A stretch of DNA of 64,000 bases from an uncultured Candidatus Saccharibacteria bacterium (GTDB lineage: Bacteria > Patescibacteriota > Saccharimonadia > Saccharimonadales > Saccharimonadaceae), in the NCBI GenBank assembly GCA_946638615.1, contig CAMPBO010000002.1:5746-69745 (forward strand), in the 5' to 3' direction. Positions 56,338-64,000 of this stretch are shown here, piece after piece. The position numbers and the translations under genes were made by a program. Every line of letters begins with the position of its first letter. Position 1 is the stretch's first letter. Below the pieces are notes generated by a model. The model made no database searches, was not told the origin of the DNA, and saw nothing but the letters and a program-made list of their open reading frames with translations.

Positions 56338-56424
56338 GCCCGAGTGGCGGAATTGGCAGACGCGCTAGCTTCAGGTGCTAGTGGTAGCAATACTGTGCAG
56401 GTTCAACCCCTGTCTCGGGCACCA
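56338..56424 (+). tRNA. tRNA-Leu(CAG)
   Basis: GCCCGAGTGGCGGAATTGGCAGACGC, CTAGC-TTCAGGT-GCTAG, variable arm, CCA. Confidence 0.96.
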
Positions 56425-56450
56425 ACCATTTGACATCCGCCAGGATGTTT

Positions 56451-57359
56451 TTATTTATGAAAACTTTTAATTTTCTTAAAATCAACTTTCAAAACCGCTT
56501 CACGCAGAGCTTTCTCGTTGCCATAGTGGGTATGTACTCCTGGCGAATCCGACAACATATGTTGCGCAAACGGAAAACTCACCACTTTATCGAGCACCGC
56601 ACCAAATTTCCCAACCCGAGACGAAGCTACATAAAAGTGCGTCACATCTTTTAATGGTATATCTAAAGCCTGTTTCATCTCTTCTGGAAAAAATGTTAAA
56701 GAAAATAAATCCCCGTCTGGCTCACCAGCAAGCCTTCCATAGGCAATCGAAGTGTTCCCTTCAATCCAAAGCCTTTGATTTAATGGTCTCATTTTGGCAT
56801 TCATCAAGTTCGCCAAGCACTCCACTTTTTTCGAACCATCCATATTCTTCATTTCACACACAAAATCCCCTTCACAAGTCGTCGTCATTACAACACTATG
56901 CGCATCTGGCGATTTCAAACCATGTTTTTCATCATACGAAATTGTATCACTAATATAATCCATCATTATCCATGACATAAGTCCAGTCTTAATATTTTCT
57001 GCCATCAAATAATATTCTGCTCTCGCACCCCAAAATACACTCGTATGGATCCGAAACATTGATACGACTCCATAATATTTTTCTTCATCACCTTCAAAAA
57101 CCGCTGATTTTGTCAATGTAAAACCTTCTGGTATAAACTTCTGAACTTTTTCGGGTTTAGATATTTCATAAAATAAAAAAGAGCAATATGGTTCTACCAC
57201 AAATGGCATCTTATCGGATTTTTTCGCCGATGAAACCACGATTTTCTTTTGTAAACAAATTGGCAGCCTCGCAAGTTTAGATTGCATATAATGAGCTTTT
57301 CCAACCATCATTGGGTCAACCAATTTTTCTACGCCTTTTGCATATTCTAATATGTTCAT
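56451..57359 (-). CDS. Hypothetical protein (possible acetoacetate decarboxylase-like beta fold)
   Basis: 302-aa ORF; FIPEGF..YYGVVSMF..GARAEYY pattern; function not established. Confidence 0.7.
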   Translation of the reverse strand: MNILEYAKGVEKLVDPMMVGKAHYMQSKLARLPICLQKKIVVSSAKKSDKMPFVVEPYCSFLFYEISKPEKVQKFIPEGFTLTKSAVFEGDEEKYYGVVSMFRIHTSVFWGARAEYYLMAENIKTGLMSWIMMDYISDTISYDEKHGLKSPDAHSVVMTTTCEGDFVCEMKNMDGSKKVECLANLMNAKMRPLNQRLWIEGNTSIAYGRLAGEPDGDLFSLTFFPEEMKQALDIPLKDVTHFYVASSRVGKFGAVLDKVVSFPFAQHMLSDSPGVHTHYGNEKALREAVLKVDFKKIKSFHK

Positions 57360-57396
57360 ATATATATTATAACGCTTATTGTAAAATCCGCCGAAC

Positions 57397-57810
57397 TTAT
57401 GTTCGGCGGATTTTTGTGCTATTTTCGCGAAATTTCAACCCCCCATATCTAGCGTAAAATTCGTCCGCCAAACGGACATAGAATCTATCCCCTTGTTTAG
57501 CTAGAGTAACATTTTTAAATGGTAGCTCGCCCGTCACATCCTGATAAGAACAAACATCCTCCACAGGAAACATTGTTCTGAAATTTTTAAACCCAGATCC
57601 AACTTCAACCTCTAAACAAAATTGGCACATCTCGTGTCCCCACTCTGTATATTCATTAGTGAAAGGAATAGTTCCGCTCGGGTTATACTTTCTTAGATAA
57701 TCCAAAAAGATCATCGCTGAGTGTACCCAACAAATAGTCCCACACCGCAGTTTAGCGTCCCTCACTGCCGCATAGGCTCTCTCCTTTAAGGTTATCTCTA
57801 CTTCATCCAT
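57397..57810 (-). CDS. Hypothetical protein
   Basis: 137-aa ORF with G-rich RBS; stop lies within perfect hairpin 57383-57414. Confidence 0.6.
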   Translation of the reverse strand: MDEVEITLKERAYAAVRDAKLRCGTICWVHSAMIFLDYLRKYNPSGTIPFTNEYTEWGHEMCQFCLEVEVGSGFKNFRTMFPVEDVCSYQDVTGELPFKNVTLAKQGDRFYVRLADEFYARYGGLKFRENSTKIRRT

Positions 57811-57877
57811 TTTTATCCCCCCTTCAAAATACTAGCACTACTAAATTACATTATGGCTACAAAAACCACAAGATTAT

Positions 57878-60244
57878 TTATAAAATATCATATTGTTTCA
57901 TTTTTGTAAAAATCTTATCTTTATTTTTCGTAATTAATTTTATCCTGGATTTGATTTCTTGTTCGCCAATTTTCACCGCTCGCGCAAGCGCTGGATCGTC
58001 TCGCATCGGTAAAAAGAATTTCAAATAATTATCCAGCTCTTCTTCCGTTCGAGCAAATCTTGCTATCAGCATTGGATAATCGCTAAGCGTCTTATCTCCA
58101 CCAGTCTTTTTAATAAAATCCCAATTTTTAGTCAGCCATTCAAAAGCTTCTTTTTTAACCTTAGGATTACGATACAAATAAACAAACAAGTATAGTTGAT
58201 CTTGCGGCTTCACTATATCAATATTACCAAGCAATGCTAATATTTTTTTAATTTGCTTCTCATCTCGCACTAAACATGCCGATACTAAATAATCAAATTT
58301 TACATCTGGATCTACTACCGTCTTATATTTTTCCAAATATTCATCCAAAATCTCTGGCTCTAAATAAATTTTTGCACTCAAAATATCACTTCTGATTTCT
58401 TTGTCTATTCTTTCGTAATTTTCGTCATATTCTTTCGCGAGCTTACCTAAGCGCTCTTTGTCTTCCGCAAAATAATCTAACGCCAACAAATTTGCTCTTA
58501 ATCTTATCGTGTTTTCATCGTCTTTTTCAGCAGTAGTAAGCCCGATTTCGGTCAATTTTTTATCCACCAGATCCAATACGTATTTTTTCAAAAGTTTTTC
58601 TTCTGCCGATTCGTCATCAAAATAAACTTTTAAATTTGCAATAAGTGAAGAGATTTTATTCCAGACCGCTGGCGCGGATTCATCCTTAAATTTTTGAGCT
58701 AACGGTATTAAAGATTCTGCACTTTTTAATCCTGATTTTGTAATTAAATCACGGTCCATCAAAAGCCGCAGTTTTTCTTCTAATCCAAGTTTATCAAAAT
58801 TCTGAAGTCTCGTCTCAAACTCTTCGTCCGACAAATTCAACACATAATGCCCCGACATATCTTCGGTAATTTCTGGAAGTGGCCAATCTGATTTTTTCAT
58901 CTGCCCATCCAACAAAAATCTCTTCTGACTATTCTTTTTAAAATAATCTCCCAAATTTGTAATCACTGGATATCCTGGCTTATCAATAAAAGCATGCATT
59001 AATTTTTTAGGATCAAACTTCGCATATGGTTTCAAGGCATCCCATAAGTCATCACCAATAGTATTTTGATATTTAAATTTATCAAAATAGTCTCTCAAAC
59101 CTTTACAAAAATTTTCCCATCCCATCAAGCGAATCAACATTAACATTAATCTTGCGCCTTTTGCATAAACAATCGCTGGATCAAACAAAGTTGCAATCTC
59201 TGCTGGGTTATGAACCTCTTGATGTACCGATTGCACGTCAATATAAGCATCACGAAGTAATGCCGCCGAACAGTCTCCAGTAAAAAACCCCTCAAAAATT
59301 TTATATTCTGGATGGATATAATCAACTGCATAATATTCCATTATCGAAGCGAAAGATTCATTTAACCACAAATCATCCCACCATGCCATTGTGACAAGAT
59401 CACCAAACCATTGATGCGACAATTCATGTGCAACTGTTAGCGCAACCGACTTTTTTGCACCAAGTGTAGCGTTTTTAGATATTAGTAACATCGACTCACG
59501 ATATGTCACCAGCCCCCAATTTTCCATCGCTCCCGCTTCAAAATCTGGCAAAGCTACTTGATCTAACTTTTTAAGTGGGTATGGTTCACCAAAAGTATCG
59601 TCATAAAACTCCAAACTTTTTGCCGCAATTTCATTTGCAAAATCTACCGAATCAATATCCTGCGCTAAAGTTGTATAAGTTGTAATTTCTACACCATGCG
59701 CATTTTTTATCGTTTTCCCATGGAATCGTCCAATTACCCATGCTAGTAAATAGGTTGACATTTTCGGCGTCGGTTCGCCCGCTGGCACATTCATTAAAAT
59801 CAAGTCATCTTTATCTGGCGTTGTAATCGAAAGTTCAAACACCGCTTTCGCAGCTGGCTCATCAATACATGGAAAAGCCTCTCTTGCATAATGACTTTCA
59901 AATTGCGTTGCAACAATCGTCTCAGTCTTACCCTCATACTCGTACGTAGAAAGATAAGCTCCTTCCATATTTTCATTAAGGCTACCATTATAATATATAG
60001 TAATCTCCGTCTCACCAAGAGGTATTTCTAAAATCTCTAATTTTTCGGTATCGGCTTTAAACTTTATTTTTTTATTATTTATTAGGACGTCCGTAATTTT
60101 AAGATTTACTGCATGAAATTTTACTGTTTCAGCCAAAGCCTTACCTTTAATCACTACTTTGCCACCAATTGTTTTAGCATTTTTATCAATTATTAAATCC
60201 AGAATATATTTTTCTGGCACAAAATAATCCAAAAATCTTTCCAT
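57878..60244 (-). CDS. pepN: M1 family aminopeptidase N
   Basis: GAMENWG, HELSHQW..LWLNE zinc motif, YAKGA. Confidence 0.96.
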   Translation of the reverse strand: MERFLDYFVPEKYILDLIIDKNAKTIGGKVVIKGKALAETVKFHAVNLKITDVLINNKKIKFKADTEKLEILEIPLGETEITIYYNGSLNENMEGAYLSTYEYEGKTETIVATQFESHYAREAFPCIDEPAAKAVFELSITTPDKDDLILMNVPAGEPTPKMSTYLLAWVIGRFHGKTIKNAHGVEITTYTTLAQDIDSVDFANEIAAKSLEFYDDTFGEPYPLKKLDQVALPDFEAGAMENWGLVTYRESMLLISKNATLGAKKSVALTVAHELSHQWFGDLVTMAWWDDLWLNESFASIMEYYAVDYIHPEYKIFEGFFTGDCSAALLRDAYIDVQSVHQEVHNPAEIATLFDPAIVYAKGARLMLMLIRLMGWENFCKGLRDYFDKFKYQNTIGDDLWDALKPYAKFDPKKLMHAFIDKPGYPVITNLGDYFKKNSQKRFLLDGQMKKSDWPLPEITEDMSGHYVLNLSDEEFETRLQNFDKLGLEEKLRLLMDRDLITKSGLKSAESLIPLAQKFKDESAPAVWNKISSLIANLKVYFDDESAEEKLLKKYVLDLVDKKLTEIGLTTAEKDDENTIRLRANLLALDYFAEDKERLGKLAKEYDENYERIDKEIRSDILSAKIYLEPEILDEYLEKYKTVVDPDVKFDYLVSACLVRDEKQIKKILALLGNIDIVKPQDQLYLFVYLYRNPKVKKEAFEWLTKNWDFIKKTGGDKTLSDYPMLIARFARTEEELDNYLKFFLPMRDDPALARAVKIGEQEIKSRIKLITKNKDKIFTKMKQYDIL

Positions 60245-60263
60245 GACAAGTCCCTTTTTTATA

Positions 60264-62186
60264 TTAATGTAATTTTGCAGTTGCAGGCAATTTCGCTGGT
60301 TTTAAAATCGATTCAAGTTCAGCTTCTTCAAGCGTCTCGTGTGTTAGTAGCTCTTCTGCCAATTTATCAAGTATTGCTTTGTTTGTTTTCAAAACATTTT
60401 CTGCACGCTTCGCGGCTTCATCCGACAACTTCTTTATTTCTGCATCTATTAATTCTGCGGTTTTTTCCGAATATGGTTTATCGGTCGTAATAGTATAATA
60501 TCCCGTGGCTTCACTCGGAAATACCAAATTTCGCGTTTCTTCACCCATACCCTCTTCGAGAATCATTGATTTTGCAAGTTGGGCTACATTTTTAAGATCC
60601 GATGATGCCCCAGTAGTTACGGCATCATTTCCAAAAATTAATTTTTCTGCCATTCTACCACCCATAGCACGAGCCAAAATATCTTTAAGTTCATAAATGT
60701 TCTTATAGCTACGATCTTCGGGTGGCAAGAACCAAGTCACACCTCCAGTATTGCCCCGTGGAATAATTGTTACTTTATGCACTGGGTCAGAGTCAGGAAG
60801 CACATGCCCCACGATTGCGTGTCCAGCCTCATGATAAGCTGTAATTTTACGTTCTTTTTCATTCATTACCTTTGACTTTCTTTCAGGGCCAATCGCCACC
60901 CGTTCAAAAGCCTCCACTACATCTTTATTAGAAATCGCTTTATGCCCTTCACGCGCCGCGCCAATTGCCGCTTCATTTGCAATATTCGCAAGATCAGCAC
61001 CCGAAGACCCCGCCGTCTTTTTTGCAAGAGACTCAAGGTCAACATCTTCTTCTACGGGTTTACCTTTAAAATGTACTTTTAAAATTTCCAAACGATCTTT
61101 TCTTTCTGGTAAAGTCACGTTTACATGACGATCAAAACGTCCAGGGCGAAGTAAAGCCTTATCTAACATATCTACTCGGTTTGTCGCTGCCATCACAATC
61201 ACACCAGAGTCATTGTCAAACCCATCCATTTCCACTAAAATTTGATTTAAAGTTTGCTCATCTTCACGTCCAGCTCCGCCTTTAGCGTCACGTTTATGCG
61301 CTACAGCATCAATCTCATCAATAAAAATAATTGATGGTGCATTTTTCTTAGCTCTCGAAAACAAATCTCGTACCCGACTTGCACCTACACCCACAAACAT
61401 TTCCGCGAACTCTGAACCCGAAATTGAAAAGAATGGCACATCTGCCTCGCCAGCCACCGCTCGCGCCATTAAAGTTTTACCCGTACCTGGATCTCCTGCA
61501 AGAAGCACGCCACGTGGAATTTTAGCGCCCAATTTTTCATACTTTTTAGGATTTTTCAAAAAATCCACTATTTCTGTCAAATCTTGCTTCGCTGCCTCAT
61601 TCCCAGCCACATTCTTAAAAGTTACTTTTTTCTTATCTGGACCATAAAGTCGCGCCCTTGATTTACCAAACGACATCGATTGATTGTTTGCTGCTGTCGC
61701 TTGCCGCATCATCCAAGAAAAGAAAATTACCAAAGCTACAATCGGAAGAATCGTAAGAGCAATATTAAAAACCATTCCCCATACATCAAAATCATCTTTA
61801 TACTCAATTATTGGATATGCTTGTTGGCATTTTGTTAAGTTTTCTCCCTCCAACCCATCACAATAATTTATTAACCCTTGATCATAAAGCGTTCCCGAGG
61901 GATCTTTGCGTGAAGTTTCAGTTGGCTCTTCTTTGCCTTTTAAAGTAATATCCAATGTATTTCCAGTTACAGTAATTTTCGCAATGTTGCCACTCGGGTC
62001 ATTTGCTCTTTGAATTACCTCTGAAATTGGAACTTCTTCTTTTTTGTTAGCTCCATAATTCATATTTGATATCAAAAATGCACCAAAACAAAGCAGTACA
62101 AAGACAAATAAAACACTTCGTATTGTATTTGATTTATTATTCGCACCAGGCCGTATTGTTGGCTTTTTGGATAAATTCTCCGCCAC
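60264..62186 (-). CDS. ftsH: ATP-dependent zinc metalloprotease FtsH
   Basis: Two [26 protein letters not shown]. Confidence 0.98.
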   Translation of the reverse strand: MAENLSKKPTIRPGANNKSNTIRSVLFVFVLLCFGAFLISNMNYGANKKEEVPISEVIQRANDPSGNIAKITVTGNTLDITLKGKEEPTETSRKDPSGTLYDQGLINYCDGLEGENLTKCQQAYPIIEYKDDFDVWGMVFNIALTILPIVALVIFFSWMMRQATAANNQSMSFGKSRARLYGPDKKKVTFKNVAGNEAAKQDLTEIVDFLKNPKKYEKLGAKIPRGVLLAGDPGTGKTLMARAVAGEADVPFFSISGSEFAEMFVGVGASRVRDLFSRAKKNAPSIIFIDEIDAVAHKRDAKGGAGREDEQTLNQILVEMDGFDNDSGVIVMAATNRVDMLDKALLRPGRFDRHVNVTLPERKDRLEILKVHFKGKPVEEDVDLESLAKKTAGSSGADLANIANEAAIGAAREGHKAISNKDVVEAFERVAIGPERKSKVMNEKERKITAYHEAGHAIVGHVLPDSDPVHKVTIIPRGNTGGVTWFLPPEDRSYKNIYELKDILARAMGGRMAEKLIFGNDAVTTGASSDLKNVAQLAKSMILEEGMGEETRNLVFPSEATGYYTITTDKPYSEKTAELIDAEIKKLSDEAAKRAENVLKTNKAILDKLAEELLTHETLEEAELESILKPAKLPATAKLH

Positions 62187-62276
62187 TTGTAATCTCCTTT
62201 ATCTATTTATAATATCACAAAAAAAGATAACATAAAAGCTTCTCCGTTCTCTTTTTTTGTGATATAATTACATTAT

Positions 62277-62352
62277 CTGGGTGTAGCACAGTTGGTAGCG
62301 CGCGACTTTTGGGAAGTCGAGGTCGCAGGTTCAAGTCCTGTCACCCAGACCA
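62277..62352 (+). tRNA. tRNA-Pro(TGG)
   Basis: CGACT-TTTGGGA-AGTCG anticodon arm, C1:G72, CCA. Confidence 0.95.
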
Positions 62353-62406
62353 TTTTTTTGTCTTAATTTTATTTTTCAAAAAATGCTATAATGTATCTAC
62401 ACCTCT

Positions 62407-62483
62407 CGGGGCTTGGCGCAGCTCGGTAGCGCGCACGCATGGGGTGCGTGAGGTCAGGAGTTCAAATCTCCTAGCCCCGACCA
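62407..62483 (+). tRNA. tRNA-Pro(GGG)
   Basis: CACGC-ATGGGGT-GCGTG anticodon arm, CCA. Confidence 0.95.
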
Positions 62484-62487
62484 AAAT

Positions 62488-62563
62488 CAGGGTATAGCGC
62501 AGTTGGTAGCGCGCGACATTCGGGATGTCGAGGCCGCGGGTTCAAGTCCCGCTACCCTGACCA
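62488..62563 (+). tRNA. tRNA-Pro(CGG)
   Basis: CGACA-TTCGGGA-TGTCG anticodon arm, CCA. Confidence 0.95.
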
Positions 62564-62576
62564 TACAATTAAGAAA

Positions 62577-64000
62577 TTAATATTCAAAAATTGGCAAATC
62601 TTCTGGAAACGGATCGAAATCTTCTTCTGTAAAATCATTAAAGTCAGTAAACCCATCGCCATTTTCATCTCTAAACCCCGCTGAACCATATGGATTATAC
62701 CCTAGTTCCATCAAAAATCTTGATGGAGTATTATAATTTCTATTACCGAAACTATATCGTGAATTTGCATAAGTCAGAAACAGCTTCTGCATTGCTCGCG
62801 TCATCCCGACATAGGCCAGCCTTCGTTCTTCTTCTAGCCCAGCTTCATCTTCGCAAGCCCTCGAACTCGGAAATAAACCTTCTTCCATTCCAACCATAAA
62901 TACTACTGGAAATTCCAACCCCTTAGCCGAATGCATTGTCATTAGTGTTACTGAATTTTTACCTGAAGTTTCATCTGCTGATGACATCAAAGACGCATCC
63001 GCCAAAAAATCTTCAAGCTCCGTATAAGCCGAAGCATTTGTCTCCAAAACCTCCAAATTACGCATCCTATCTTCCGCCACTGGCGTACCATCATCAGTTA
63101 ATGTCTTAAAATCAAAATACTCGATCATTTTTTTCACGATTTCACCTGGATTTTCATTCTCACCAATTTTACGCACAAAATTCACTAATCTCAAAAAACT
63201 ATTTTTAGCCCTAGCAGACTTTAAAACATCAGGCAAATCTGGGTTTAAAAGCGGTTTTTCGTCGTTCAGACTATCCAAAGCTTCAATAATTTTGTTCAAA
63301 GACGCTTCTCCTATACCTGACAAAACATTTTGCAATGCTCTTCCTAAACTCACTTTATCTCGCTGGTTCAAAATTAGCCTCAAAATCGCCAGTGCGTCTT
63401 TAATTTCTTTACGATCGTAAAATCTCACCCCACCCACAATTTTGTATGGTATTTGCATACTTATAAATGCCTTTTCAAACGCATACGATTGTGCATTCGT
63501 ACGATAAAGTACTGCAAAATCAGCAAAATCTGGATATTTTTTCTGCATATTCAAAATCTTTAGCGCCACAAAGTTCGCTTCAGCATTTTCGTCTGGCAAA
63601 GATTCAATATCCACTGGTTCACCCCTTCCTGCCTCAGTAAACAAAACTTTATCTGTCCGTGTTTTATTTTCACGAATAATCTTTTGCGAAGCCTCCAAAA
63701 TATTTCCTGTCGAACGATAATTTTGTTCCAATTTTATTATTTTTGCTCCTGGAAAATCTCTTTCAAAATGCAAAATATTCGTAAAATCTGCCCCCCGCCA
63801 TGAATAAATCGATTGCCAATCATCACCCACTACGCAAATATTCTTCTTTGCATTAACCAGAAGTTGTACAATTTGATATTGAACCATATTTGTATCCTGG
63901 TACTCATCAATCAAAATATGTTGAAATTTTTCCTGCCACTTCTTTCTAATCTCCAAATGCTTTTGGAAAAGCTCCAATTCTAGCAAAAGCAAGTCATCAA
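62577..64000 (-). CDS. pcrA: UvrD/PcrA family DNA helicase (3' part; start outside window)
   Basis: IDEYQDTN, VGDDWQSIYSWRGA, LEQNYRS, MHSAKGLEF, EEERRLAYVGMTRA. Confidence 0.95.
   Translation of the reverse strand, partial: DDLLLLELELFQKHLEIRKKWQEKFQHILIDEYQDTNMVQYQIVQLLVNAKKNICVVGDDWQSIYSWRGADFTNILHFERDFPGAKIIKLEQNYRSTGNILEASQKIIRENKTRTDKVLFTEAGRGEPVDIESLPDENAEANFVALKILNMQKKYPDFADFAVLYRTNAQSYAFEKAFISMQIPYKIVGGVRFYDRKEIKDALAILRLILNQRDKVSLGRALQNVLSGIGEASLNKIIEALDSLNDEKPLLNPDLPDVLKSARAKNSFLRLVNFVRKIGENENPGEIVKKMIEYFDFKTLTDDGTPVAEDRMRNLEVLETNASAYTELEDFLADASLMSSADETSGKNSVTLMTMHSAKGLEFPVVFMVGMEEGLFPSSRACEDEAGLEEERRLAYVGMTRAMQKLFLTYANSRYSFGNRNYNTPSRFLMELGYNPYGSAGFRDENGDGFTDFNDFTEEDFDPFPEDLPIFEY

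Noticed and set aside
1747-62899. Numerous short antisense or alternate-frame ORFs inside core genes (e.g. 4228..4692, 18725..19165, 30485..31057, 43672..44184)
   Set aside because: Shadow ORFs of well-supported genes, with no motifs or expression signals.
1-64000. Prophage, rRNA or intact IS element
   Set aside because: No phage structural genes, integrase, transposase or rRNA-like sequence recognised.

Overview
AT-rich, gene-dense bacterial chromosome segment. It is inferred to be from a host-associated Saccharibacteria (TM7/Patescibacteria) genome, based on streamlined genes, alpha2-type GlyRS, an arginine deiminase cluster and a FISUMP surface protein. Most of the window is housekeeping: trpS, hisS, glyQS, tyrS, thyA-folA-glyA, rsmA, rarA, murI, ppa, recO, xseAB, rpmA, rnhA, clpCP with a CIRCE operator, galU, gpmI, pgi, pepN, ftsH, pcrA and 10 tRNAs. 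The most unusual region is an integrase-free island at about 17.4-21.4 kb, between tRNA-Lys and tRNA-Phe. There, single unrelated genes (sigma4/alphaCTD fusion, CdiA-CT-like nuclease, HD hydrolase, GC-rich P-loop/CYTH protein) are separated by a repeat built from a 17-bp core, a pseudo-tRNA CCACCA end and a copy of the tRNA-Phe terminator. The nuclease gene ends in a near-consensus promoter that appears to drive a ~50-nt structured RNA, a candidate RNA antitoxin. Other notable items are CCA-ended duplications behind tRNA-Tyr and tRNA-Val, a candidate attenuator RNA upstream of a G5-domain cell-wall gene, adjacent arginine and agmatine deiminase pathways sharing one carbamate kinase, a probable remote DGR target with two variable-region-like segments, and pervasive leaderless transcription. 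All calls come from motif recognition by eye; no database searches were run.
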